DNA of 15,032 nucleotides from a virus (Duplodnaviria; Heunggongvirae; Uroviricota; Caudoviricetes): IMG/VR virus record IMGVR_UViG_2563366979_000002, positions 1 to 15,032 of that record; one strand, 5' to 3'. Shown piece by piece: positions 1 to 7,594 of this stretch (position 1 is its first letter; each line of letters starts with the position of its first letter). The notes under the pieces were generated by a model. It saw only the letters and a program-made list of their open reading frames with translations, ran no database searches and was not told where the DNA came from. The position numbers and the translations under genes were made by a program.

Positions 1-1284
1 TTACTTCTTCGCCTCTGCAACCACTTTGCTACCCACGCCGCGGTTATTGTATTCCCACATGCGGTTGTAGTTAGTGTCATTCAGATTGCGTTGTATTTCG
101 TCGTTATCATCAACGCTGCCGGTGTTACCCGCAAACGGACGATTAGAGATCACCGCATCAGCCCAGGGTTTGGCTGTGTTAAAACCTTCGTTGATGGCGC
201 TATCACGGATCACCACCTGACCGTTGGTATTGGCATCAACATCCAGCGAGCGACCCAGTTGCGCCACGCCATCACCGGAAGCATTGAAACGGCTGTTTAC
301 GGCGAGGAAACCGTAATAGATGTTAGACAGCGTAGCCGGTGCAAACACATACGCTTCTTGCTGAGTACGTGAGTTCACCACGCGGAATTCGGTGTTATCG
401 AACACCACTGCGCCGCGACCAGAAACGATATCCACATCCCCTTCAATGTAACTGTTGGTCACCAGAGTACGCGGCTGACGGTTGGTTTCCAGACGGTTTT
501 GCACACCACTGTTGGTGACAAAGAAGGTATTCTGACGACCGAGAATGTTGACGTTATTGATCTGCACTTTGTCACCATCAGTACGCAGTGCCACCGCCGG
601 ATGGTTACCCGCATCTACGCTATCGCCCAGCGTGTTTTCGATGGTCAGATTTTGCAGTTGCAGGCCATTGTTTTGTGACCAGAAGACCGCAGAGCAGAGA
701 ACACCGATACTGTCGCTGCGTTTGCTCTGGCAGCTATCGTACATATACCACGCTGGTTTACCTGGCATATATTTGCCGCGCGGGTTGACGTCGTGACGCC
801 AGTCGGCAGGGCTCATGCCCCCATCAAGGGAAAGCCCAATCTTCACATCAATCGGTTTTTCACCTGTACCGTACAGAGTAATTCCACCCGGAGCGGCAGG
901 GACATACACCGTTCCCTGATACTCACCAGGCATCACGGCAATATACTGGCGCTTGTTGGTGCGCTTGATAATTGCCGCATCTACCGCCGCCTGAATCGTG
1001 GTATGCGTTACACCTTGAGTACCCGCCGGGCCGACAACAAAGTCAGGTTGCGCAGGCAGGGTAATCGGGGAAGGATTCCACGCTGCCGCACCTGGTGTCA
1101 GGGATGCAAAATAGTGTTGAGCATCGAAATTCTGCGCTTCTTTTGCCGACAGAATCGGGCGAGAAGAGGTACCAGGCGCGGTTTGATCAGAAGGACGTTG
1201 ATCGGGCGGTGTTGAGCTACAGGCGGTCAGCGTCACGCCAAAAGCCAATGCCAGCGCCAGACGGGAAACTGAAAATGTGTTCAC
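1..1284 (-). CDS. ybhC: YbhC outer-membrane lipoprotein (pectinesterase-family / acyl-CoA thioesterase); complete, stop codon at window positions 1-3
   Basis: 427-aa ORF in track; N-terminal signal peptide with lipobox LTAC; I recognise the protein and its known position flanking the lambda attachment site. Confidence 0.85.
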   Translation of the reverse strand: MNTFSVSRLALALAFGVTLTACSSTPPDQRPSDQTAPGTSSRPILSAKEAQNFDAQHYFASLTPGAAAWNPSPITLPAQPDFVVGPAGTQGVTHTTIQAAVDAAIIKRTNKRQYIAVMPGEYQGTVYVPAAPGGITLYGTGEKPIDVKIGLSLDGGMSPADWRHDVNPRGKYMPGKPAWYMYDSCQSKRSDSIGVLCSAVFWSQNNGLQLQNLTIENTLGDSVDAGNHPAVALRTDGDKVQINNVNILGRQNTFFVTNSGVQNRLETNRQPRTLVTNSYIEGDVDIVSGRGAVVFDNTEFRVVNSRTQQEAYVFAPATLSNIYYGFLAVNSRFNASGDGVAQLGRSLDVDANTNGQVVIRDSAINEGFNTAKPWADAVISNRPFAGNTGSVDDNDEIQRNLNDTNYNRMWEYNNRGVGSKVVAEAKK

Positions 1285-1330
1285 AGGTTGCTCCGGGCTA
1301 TGAAATAGAAAAATGAATCCGTTGAAGCCT

Positions 1331-1345
1331 GCTTTTTTATACTAA
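1331..1345. repeat. attL core (O region) GCTTTTTTATACTAA
   Basis: Exact 15-mer repeated at 14451-14465; followed by the sequence GTTGGCATTATAAAAAAGCATTGCTTATCAATTTGTTGCAACGAACAGGTCACTATCAGTCAAAAT which I recognise as the lambda P' arm. Confidence 0.9.
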
Positions 1346-1430
1346 GTTGGCATTATAAAAAAGCATTGCTTATCAATTTGTTGCAACGAACAGGTCACTA
1401 TCAGTCAAAATAAAATCATTATTTGATTTC
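1346..1430. promoter_or_regulatory. attL P' arm: IHF H' site (~1371-1383, TATCAATTTGTTG) and Int arm-type sites P'1-P'3 (~1392-1421)
   Basis: Matches to the arm-type consensus C/AAGTCACTAT (AGGTCACTAT, CAGTCAAAAT, AAAATCATTA) and to the IHF consensus WATCAANNNNTTR, read directly in the sequence. Confidence 0.75.
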
Positions 1431-2489
1431 AATTTTGTCCCACTCCCTGCCTCTGTCATCACGATACTGTGATGCCATGGTGTCCGACTTATGCCCGAGA
1501 AGATGTTGAGCAAACTTATCGCTTATCTGCTTCTCATAGAGTCTTGCAGACAAACTGCGCAACTCGTGAAAGGTAGGCGGATCCCCTTCGAAGGAAAGAC
1601 CTGATGCTTTTCGTGCGCGCATAAAATACCTTGATACTGTGCCGGATGAAAGCGGTTCACGACGAGTAGATGCAATTATGGTTTCTCCGCCAAGAATCTC
1701 TTTGCATTTATCAAGTGTTTCCTTCATTGATATCCCGAGAGCATCAACATGCAATGTTGTAGGGATGGCAATTTTTACACCTGTTTTGCTTTGCTCGACA
1801 TAAAGATATCCATCTACGATATCAGACCACTTCATTTCGCATAAATCACCAACTCGCTGCCCGGTAACAACAGCCAGTTCCATTGCAAGTCTGAGCCAAC
1901 ATGGTGATGATTCTGCTGCTTGATAAATTTTCAGGTATTCGTCAGCCGTAAGTCTTGATCTCCTTACCTCTGATTTTGCAGCGCGAGTGGCAGCGACCGG
2001 GTTTATTGTTATATGGCCTTCAGCTATTGCCTCTCGGAATGCATCGCTCAGTGTTGATCTGATTAACTTGGCTGACGCCGCTTTGCCCTCGTCTATGTAT
2101 CCATTGAGCATTGCCGCAATTTCTTTTGTGGTGATGTCTTCAAGTGGAGCATCAGGCAGCCCCCTCCTTATTGCTTTAATTTTGCTCATGTAATTTATGA
2201 GTGTCTTCTGCTTGATTCCTCTGCTGGTGAGGATTTTTTCGTAGCGATCAAGCCATGAATGTAACGTAACAGAATTATCACTGTTGATTCTCGCTGTCAG
2301 AGGCTTGTGTTTGTGTCCTGAAAATAACTCAATGTTGGCCTGTATTGCTTCAGTGATTGCTATCCTCCTGTCTCGGCCTAATCCAAACTCTTTACCCGTC
2401 CTTGGGTCCCTGTAGCAGTAATATCCATTGTTTCTTATATAAAGGTTAGGGGGTAAATCCCGGCGCTCATGACTTCGCCTTCTTCCCAT
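1419..2489 (-). CDS. int: Lambda-type integrase (tyrosine recombinase), apparently intact
   Basis: 356-aa ORF; sequence MGRRRSHERRDLPPNLYIRNNGYYCYRDPRTGKEFGLGRDRRIAITEAIQ... matches lambda Int as I recall it nearly residue for residue; start overlaps the xis 3' end as in lambda. Confidence 0.97.
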   Translation of the reverse strand: MGRRRSHERRDLPPNLYIRNNGYYCYRDPRTGKEFGLGRDRRIAITEAIQANIELFSGHKHKPLTARINSDNSVTLHSWLDRYEKILTSRGIKQKTLINYMSKIKAIRRGLPDAPLEDITTKEIAAMLNGYIDEGKAASAKLIRSTLSDAFREAIAEGHITINPVAATRAAKSEVRRSRLTADEYLKIYQAAESSPCWLRLAMELAVVTGQRVGDLCEMKWSDIVDGYLYVEQSKTGVKIAIPTTLHVDALGISMKETLDKCKEILGGETIIASTRREPLSSGTVSRYFMRARKASGLSFEGDPPTFHELRSLSARLYEKQISDKFAQHLLGHKSDTMASQYRDDRGREWDKIEIK

Positions 2490-2684
2490 TTCTGATCCTC
2501 TTCAAAAGGCTACCTGTTACTGGTCGATTTAAGTCAACCTTTACCGCTGATTCGTGGAACAAATACTCTCTTCCATCCTTAACCGAGGAGGGAATATCCT
2601 GCACTCGCGTACCCATCGACGAACTGTTTCAAGGCTTCTTGGACGTCGCTGGCGTGCGTTCCACTCCTGAAGTGTCAAGTACAT
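2467..2684 (-). pseudogene. xis: xis (excisionase) with a frameshift: 218 nt instead of 219; reading frame stops after ~46 codons
   Basis: Minus-strand translation from ATG at 2684 gives MYLTLQEWNARQRRPRSLETVRRWVRECRIFPP then goes out of frame (RLRMEESICSTNQR, stop at 2541-2543); inserting one C into the run CCTCCTCGG (plus 2583-2591) restores ...PPPVKDGREYLFHESAVKVD..., which matches lambda Xis; the ORF track shows no intact 72-aa ORF here. Confidence 0.8.
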
Positions 2685-2723
2685 CGCAAAGTCTCCGCAA
2701 TTACACGCAAGAAAAAACCGCCA

Positions 2724-2891
2724 TCAGGCGGCTTGGTGTTCTTTCAGTTCTTCAATTCGAATATTGGTTACGTCTGCATGTGCTATCTGCGCCCACAGCA
2801 TCCAGTGGTCATAGCAGTCATTGATGTTCTCTGCTTCGATAACTCTGTTGAATGGTTCTCCATTCCATTCACCTGTGACTCGGAAGTGCAT
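2724..2891 (-). CDS. Hypothetical 55-aa protein, positional equivalent of the small ORF that follows xis in lambda
   Basis: ATG at 2891 preceded by GGAG at 7-nt spacing (minus strand GGAGATGATAAATG); translation MHFRVTGEWNGEPFNRVIEAENINDCYDHWMLWAQIAHADVTNIRIEELKEHQAA; 39-nt gap from xis start, the same spacing I recall for lambda; below the 60-aa cut-off so absent from the ORF track. Confidence 0.5.
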   Translation of the reverse strand: MHFRVTGEWNGEPFNRVIEAENINDCYDHWMLWAQIAHADVTNIRIEELKEHQAA

Positions 2892-2911
2892 TTATCATCT
2901 CCATAAAACAA

Positions 2912-2929
2912 AACTCGCCGTAGCGAGTT
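2912..2929 (-). terminator. Short hairpin (AACTCGC cgta GCGAGTT) followed on the minus strand by TTGTTTTA, immediately upstream of the 55-aa ORF
   Basis: 7-bp perfect stem with 4-nt loop and a T-rich tract on the transcribed (minus) strand; may be a terminator or attenuator. Confidence 0.25.
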
Positions 2930-3035
2930 CAGATAAAAGAAATCCCCGCGAGTGCGAGGATTGTTATTCATTGCCGATATTCACCTTTATCGCGAATACC
3001 TTTACCGGTTTATCGCCGAAGTGCGGATGCTTCGT

Positions 3036-3224
3036 TTATATCAATCCCACGCATTCTGACCGACGAATAAATAACTCTTCTCCGTTATGTATTGCGACAT
3101 AGCCGTAAACAGTTTTATGCATCACATCGAACTCATCCCATACGGAAACTCCACACTCTGCTAATGAGCAATTCAAATAATTCCCCGGTTGCTTGCCGGT
3201 GTTATTAATGAGGCGAATCCTCAT
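3036..3224 (-). CDS. Hypothetical 62-aa protein (Cys/His-containing), function unknown
   Basis: ORF from track in the same orientation as the int-xis module; weak ribosome-binding site; no recognisable motif. Confidence 0.3.
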   Translation of the reverse strand: MRIRLINNTGKQPGNYLNCSLAECGVSVWDEFDVMHKTVYGYVAIHNGEELFIRRSECVGLI

Positions 3225-3461
3225 ATCTTATTCACTTTTGGCTGCAAGGTGTAGCCACCACGGTAAGCTCCATCAGCATGGGCGAATTCATATACCTGTA
3301 CACTATTACGATGCAGAAATAAAACATGCATATTTTTGATAGGCTATGTTAATGATTTTTAAATATTTATTGTCTTATCAAGAATGTCTGTAATACCCCT
3401 ATTAACCCGTCACATATAAACAATTTATAAAAATTTTCTTAACGCTATCACATTATTTAAT
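3225..3461. promoter_or_regulatory. AT-rich non-coding island downstream of the PerC-like gene
   Basis: 237 bp with no ORF of 60 aa or more on either strand and visibly AT-rich composition (e.g. TAAATATTTATTGTCTTATCAAGAATG, CAATTTATAAAAATTTTCTT). Confidence 0.3.
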
Positions 3462-3761
3462 TTACCTTTCCCGATAGGTATATAGTTCATCATGTGCAAC
3501 CTTGCGATTGCGATGTATTCCCATTTCTTTCTCTACGCGTATTGCTGCATTGCGTAATGTTCTTGAGGTCGCGACTTCTCTTGAACTTACATTTTTTAAT
3601 GTAGCCGATTTAATGCAACGTTGAATTTGCCTCTGGATATACATCCGCTGGTCTGTCTGAGTCTCCTGACGATAATCCATCAGCACATCTTGCCAGCGAG
3701 CCGCAGCTCTGCGCCAAAGCCCTTTATTTTCAAGTTCTTCAGCTTTTTTATCTTTAACCAT
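3462..3761 (-). CDS. PerC-family-like small transcriptional regulator (99 aa from ATG at 3761; the track's 104-aa version starts at GTG 3776)
   Basis: Motif KAEELENKGLWRRAAARWQDVLMD resembles the conserved LE-KG-WRRAA-RW core of PerC/Pch regulators as I recall it; good SD (GGAG, 5-nt spacing) before the ATG at 3761. Confidence 0.55.
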   Translation of the reverse strand: MVKDKKAEELENKGLWRRAAARWQDVLMDYRQETQTDQRMYIQRQIQRCIKSATLKNVSSREVATSRTLRNAAIRVEKEMGIHRNRKVAHDELYTYRER

Positions 3762-3787
3762 ACAGTCTCCTATCACACTAAATATTA

Positions 3788-3823
3788 AATAATAACTATC
3801 AGGTTTATCAGATAGTTATTATT
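3788..3823. promoter_or_regulatory. Perfect 13-bp inverted repeat (AATAATAACTATC / GATAGTTATTATT) with a 10-bp spacer, 27 bp upstream of the PerC-like start
   Basis: Arms at 3788-3800 and 3811-3823 are exact reverse complements; the spacer also carries a TATCAG direct repeat; overlaps a plausible -10 (TATTAT) for the minus-strand gene. Confidence 0.45.
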
Positions 3824-4140
3824 ACAGTTAAGTATAGGGGCGGTAATAATAACCTAAGATGGTGGTGAAATTCAAGCCAGATGCCGTTATGCAACTCAAC
3901 AGAAATAAGCTGTTGCTTTTTATCTCACTATTCATTTGTCTCATTTCCAGCTATACTCATTGTTCACACAACACAAAAGGCATAGAAATGACAGTGTATG
4001 GCATATCAGAAAACAGTATTGTTCACTTACGTGAAAAAAATGGATAATGGCTTGTGTTGCACATTATTAAAAATGGCGACATTATATATCACCTCAAAAA
4101 TACAGACAAAGAAATGAACGTCACACTTCAGGATATTATC

Positions 4141-4187
4141 CCCAATAAATAATCAAATGAGCGTGGCGCACGATGCCCCGCGCTATT
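4141..4187 (-). terminator. Possible intrinsic terminator after the 29-codon peptide gene
   Basis: Minus strand reads AGCGCGGGGCATCGTGCGCCACGCT (imperfect GC-rich hairpin) followed by CATTTGATTATTTATT; the stem has mismatches. Confidence 0.25.
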
Positions 4188-4277
4188 CTACTTATCACCC
4201 CAGCGGCAAATCGAAAACACAACCAGTGCCACCGCTATTGCAACTCCTACCGTTGCGAATGCTTCAGGCCAGCTCAT
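4188..4277 (-). CDS. 29-aa hydrophobic single-helix peptide MSWPEAFATVGVAIAVALVVFSICRWGDK
   Basis: Strong SD AGGAGGTG 7 nt upstream of the ATG; the ATG overlaps the stop of the upstream DUF551 gene (ATGA); predicted single transmembrane segment; below the ORF-track cut-off. Confidence 0.5.
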   Translation of the reverse strand: MSWPEAFATVGVAIAVALVVFSICRWGDK

Positions 4278-4651
4278 TGATTCACCTCCTGCGGCGGTTC
4301 TGGTAGATGCATCCAGTGGGTTACACCGTCAATTGGTTCATCGTCGTCGTACTCCAATGCGGCTATATAGAACCCGTCACGACGAGAATAAGAAATCCCG
4401 GACATTACAATGCCATCCGAAACAACTATAATGTCACCCGTTTCTTCCGGCATTCGCTCACTACAGCTTATCCAACTATCCGGAGTTACCGGAGAGTTGC
4501 CGGGTTCTTTAATGTGCAAGCGAGGCTCACCATCTTTTGGTTCAGGCCACTGGCGCTCCATGTTGATCTTCAATTTATCTTCCATAGCAGCGGTAATTTC
4601 AGCATCGCTGATGCCAGCACGGCGCTGTGCATCCCACAACAGGAAATGCAT
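4274..4651 (-). CDS. Phage DUF551-domain protein (125 aa from first ATG); the frame stays open upstream to 4690, so it may be 5'-truncated
   Basis: C-terminal motif DGVTHWMHLPEPP is typical of DUF551 phage proteins; the N-terminal part resembles the end of a MazG-like/DUF550 domain; upstream in-frame codons (AAAEPDDLSEWAD) run to a stop at 4691-4693 without an ATG. Confidence 0.65.
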   Translation of the reverse strand: MHFLLWDAQRRAGISDAEITAAMEDKLKINMERQWPEPKDGEPRLHIKEPGNSPVTPDSWISCSERMPEETGDIIVVSDGIVMSGISYSRRDGFYIAALEYDDDEPIDGVTHWMHLPEPPQEVNQ

Positions 4652-4728
4652 ATCAGCCCACTCGCTGAGATCGTCTGGTTCGGCTGCGGCTTAAGGTTGA
4701 AGAAGAAAGTGCGGGAACCGGTCGTCGT

Positions 4729-5970
4729 GTGGAAACGCACGAATACCCGAACCGCGACAAACCCTATACCGAAGACCTGGGGAAAATCACTTTCCGCCCG
4801 TCCATCACAGCTTATGTGGTGGGAGATGACTGCTTTGACCAGCGCGATCGCCTGATTGACGCGCTGAATAAACCCGGTCCCGGCACGCTTGTCCATCCGA
4901 CTTACGGTGAGCTGAAAGTCTGTGTTGACGGGGAAGTTCGGGTCAGCACATCGAAGAGTGAAGGGCGTATTGTCCGCTTTGACCTGAAGTTTGTCGAAGC
5001 GGGAGAACTCTCTTACCCCACATCAGGTGCGGCGACGGCGCAGACGCTGATGTCATCCTGTTCTGCACTGGATGACTGCATCAGTGACAGCTTCAGCGGT
5101 TTCAGTATCGATGGCGTGGCAGATTTCGTGCAGAACGACGTTATCGGTAATGCCAGCATAATGCTTGGATATGTTTCTGATGCGATGAAAGTGGTGGATT
5201 CTGCCGTATCGGATGCTGCCAGACTGTTGCTGGGGGATATCTCGGTACTTCTGCCGCCACCATCGTCAGGCAAAAATTTCGTTGAGCAGGTGCAGAAAAT
5301 GTGGCGTACCGGGAAACGCCTTTATGGTAACGCCAGCGACCTGGTCACCATGATCAAAACGCTTTCCGGTGTCAGCCTCGGCAGCGATCTGCAACCGCGC
5401 GGCGTCTGGAAAACGGACAGTAAAACCACCGCCACGGCGACGCAGCAGCGTAATGTGGTTGCCAGCACCCTTCGTACGACCGCAATCAGTGAAGCGGCGT
5501 ATGCCGTCACCCGATTGCCTGCGCCAACAACTTCCGCGGTGATGCAGAATTCCGCAGTGGGGCAGGCAACAACACCTGCGCAGAGCACTGGCTGGCCTTC
5601 CGTCACGCATCCGGCACTGAACAATGCACCGGCGGTGAAAAACACGGTTGACCTGCCGACGTGGGAAGAACTGACCGACATTCGCGACACACTGAATACG
5701 GCAATTGATAAGGAGTTGTCCCGTACAACCAGTGATGCGCTGTTTCTGGCGCTGCGCCGGGTGAAAGCAGATCTGAATGCGGATATCAACACGCGCCTTG
5801 AACAGTCTGCACGGATCATTCAGCGCACACCGGATGAGGTTTTACCCGCGCTGGTGCTGGCAGCGACCTGGTTTGATAACGCGGCGCGTGACGCGGACAT
5901 TATCCGGCGTAATGCCATTACGCATCCCGGCTTTGTGCCGGTGATCCCTCTGAAGGTGCCAGTGCAATGA
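4729..5970 (+). CDS. Mu gp43 (N)-like DNA circulation protein, probably lacking the first ~25-30 codons
   Basis: 413-aa ORF starting at GTG; HEYPNRDKPYTEDLG matches the conserved N-terminal-domain motif of DNA circulation proteins, which normally lies about 30 residues in; in-frame upstream codons are homologous-looking but closed by a stop at 4666-4668. Confidence 0.7.
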   Translation: METHEYPNRDKPYTEDLGKITFRPSITAYVVGDDCFDQRDRLIDALNKPGPGTLVHPTYGELKVCVDGEVRVSTSKSEGRIVRFDLKFVEAGELSYPTSGAATAQTLMSSCSALDDCISDSFSGFSIDGVADFVQNDVIGNASIMLGYVSDAMKVVDSAVSDAARLLLGDISVLLPPPSSGKNFVEQVQKMWRTGKRLYGNASDLVTMIKTLSGVSLGSDLQPRGVWKTDSKTTATATQQRNVVASTLRTTAISEAAYAVTRLPAPTTSAVMQNSAVGQATTPAQSTGWPSVTHPALNNAPAVKNTVDLPTWEELTDIRDTLNTAIDKELSRTTSDALFLALRRVKADLNADINTRLEQSARIIQRTPDEVLPALVLAATWFDNAARDADIIRRNAITHPGFVPVIPLKVPVQ

Positions 5971-7046
5971 ACGACAATGTCACGCTACGGGTAAATGGCC
6001 GGGAGTGGAATGGCTGGACATCGGTGCGCATCGGTGCCGGTATTGAACGGCTGGCGCGGGATTTCAGTGTGGAGATCACCCGCCAGTGGCCGGGAGATGA
6101 GGGTATCACCACGCTTCAGCCGCGCATTAAAAACGGTTCAAAAGTGGAAGTGCTGATTGGTGATGAGCTGGTGATCACCGGCTGGGTGGAGGCGACTCCC
6201 GTTCGTTACGATGCCCGTTCGGTCAGCACCGGTATTGCCGGACGTAGTCTGACCGCTGACCTGATTGACTGTGCAGCCGAACCGACACAGTTTAACGGAC
6301 GATCGCTGGTACAGATTGCGCAGGCGCTTGCTGCGCCTTTCGGCATTGAGGTGGTGAACAGCGGTGCGCCGTCGGGTGTTATTCCTGATGTCCAGCCTGA
6401 TCACGGTGAAACGGTGATTGAGGTAATCAACAAAATACTCGGTCAGCAGCAGGCGCTGGCTTATGACGACCCGCACGGCAGGCTGGTGATTGGCGGTATT
6501 GGCTCAACGTGGGCACATACCGCGCTGGTACTTGGGGAAAACATCCTTTCCTGTGATACGGAGAAGAGTATCCGGGAGCGGTTTTCAGTTTACCAGGTGG
6601 CGGGGCAGCGTGCCGGAAACGACGATGATTTCGGTGAGGCCACCACCACCGCGCTGCGGGCCCGCACAGAGGACGCATTTATTGCCCGTTACCGTCCGAT
6701 GTATATCAGGCAGACAGGGCAGGCCACGGGGGCAGGCTGTATTGCCCGTGCTGACTTTGAAGCCCGGCAACGGGCGGCGCGGACGGATGAAACTACCTAT
6801 GTGGTGCAGGGCTGGCGACAGGGTAACGGTACGCTGTGGCAGCCCAACCAGCGGGTGATTGTCTTCGATCCGGTCTGTGGCTTCGACAATACCGAACTGC
6901 TTGTTTCGGAAGTCACTTTTACTCAGGACCAGAACGGCACCCTGACGGAAATCCGTGTCGGCCCACCTGATGCTTATCTGCCTGAACCCGAAGCCCCCGG
7001 CGCGCGGAAAAAGAAAAAAGCCAGAGTACAGGAGGATCCGTTCTGA
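5967..7046 (+). CDS. Mu gp44 (P)-like baseplate hub protein (phage late control gene D family)
   Basis: 359-aa ORF; start overlaps the upstream stop (ATGA); position and size within a Mu-type baseplate cluster. Confidence 0.75.
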   Translation: MNDNVTLRVNGREWNGWTSVRIGAGIERLARDFSVEITRQWPGDEGITTLQPRIKNGSKVEVLIGDELVITGWVEATPVRYDARSVSTGIAGRSLTADLIDCAAEPTQFNGRSLVQIAQALAAPFGIEVVNSGAPSGVIPDVQPDHGETVIEVINKILGQQQALAYDDPHGRLVIGGIGSTWAHTALVLGENILSCDTEKSIRERFSVYQVAGQRAGNDDDFGEATTTALRARTEDAFIARYRPMYIRQTGQATGAGCIARADFEARQRAARTDETTYVVQGWRQGNGTLWQPNQRVIVFDPVCGFDNTELLVSEVTFTQDQNGTLTEIRVGPPDAYLPEPEAPGARKKKKARVQEDPF

Positions 7047-7594
7047 TGAGGACGATTGAAGCCATGCAGCGACAACTCCTCGGCCTGATTGGGCGGGCCG
7101 TGGTGAAAAGCATCAGTGCCGCCACGAAATGTCAGACCGTGGATGTGTCCCTGATTGCCGATGAACCCAAAGCAGGGGTTGAACATCTTGAACCCTACGG
7201 TTTTACCTCAAGGGCAAACAGCGGTGCGGAAGCGGTGGTGTTGTTTCCGGATGGCGACCATTCTCATGCGGTGGTTGTTACGGTGTCGGACCGGCGCTAC
7301 CGCCTGAAAGGGCTGCAGACGGGTGAGGTGGCTGTCTATGACGATCAGGGGCAGTCCGTGACGCTGACCCGGGAGGGGATCGTGGTGGACGGTGCAGGTA
7401 AAACGATCACGTTTCGCAATTCACCTGAAGCACGTTTTGAAATGGACCTGGAAGTGACCGGACAGGTGAAAGACCTGTGCGACTCCGGCGGCACCACCAT
7501 GTCAGCGATGCGGCTTGCCTATAACGGGCATCGTCACAGAGAGAACGGTCAGGGCAGTAACACCGACAAACCTGATAAAGCGATGGAGGCATGA
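7046..7594 (+). CDS. Baseplate assembly protein V / central spike (Mu gp45-like)
   Basis: 182-aa ORF; translationally coupled; conserved gene order. Confidence 0.75.
   Translation: MRTIEAMQRQLLGLIGRAVVKSISAATKCQTVDVSLIADEPKAGVEHLEPYGFTSRANSGAEAVVLFPDGDHSHAVVVTVSDRRYRLKGLQTGEVAVYDDQGQSVTLTREGIVVDGAGKTITFRNSPEARFEMDLEVTGQVKDLCDSGGTTMSAMRLAYNGHRHRENGQGSNTDKPDKAMEA

Noticed and set aside
91-1316. Plus-strand ORFs (91-372, 545-796, 588-788, 793-1215, 1095-1316) inside ybhC
   Set aside because: They run antisense to a well-supported 427-aa lipoprotein gene, have no ribosome-binding sites and no recognisable motifs; typical spurious antisense ORFs.
1987-2193. 68-aa plus-strand ORF inside int
   Set aside because: Antisense to an intact integrase gene; no support.
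2639-3102. Track ORFs 2639-2824(+), 2783-2971(-), 2821-3102(+)
   Set aside because: They are out of frame or antisense relative to the xis and 55-codon ORFs, which are supported by lambda-like sequence and a good SD. The 93-aa plus ORF has the same length as lambda Ea8.5 but is on the wrong strand; I treat that as coincidence.
3859-4047. 62-aa plus-strand ORF divergent from the PerC-like gene
   Set aside because: Weak or absent ribosome-binding site at either candidate start, and low-complexity hydrophobic content consistent with AT-rich non-coding DNA. Kept only as a possibility because it is divergently arranged around the palindrome.
4023-4082. 19-codon minus-strand ORF (MSPFLIMCNTSHYPFFSRK) with a GAGGTGA SD
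   Set aside because: Despite the good SD it is very short, has no recognisable features and no evidence of conservation; not reported as a gene.
4307-4896. ORFs 4307-4855(+), 4410-4694(+), 4570-4896(-)
   Set aside because: They overlap the DUF551 and DNA-circulation genes in other frames or on the opposite strand; they span the proposed junction only by chance of frame.
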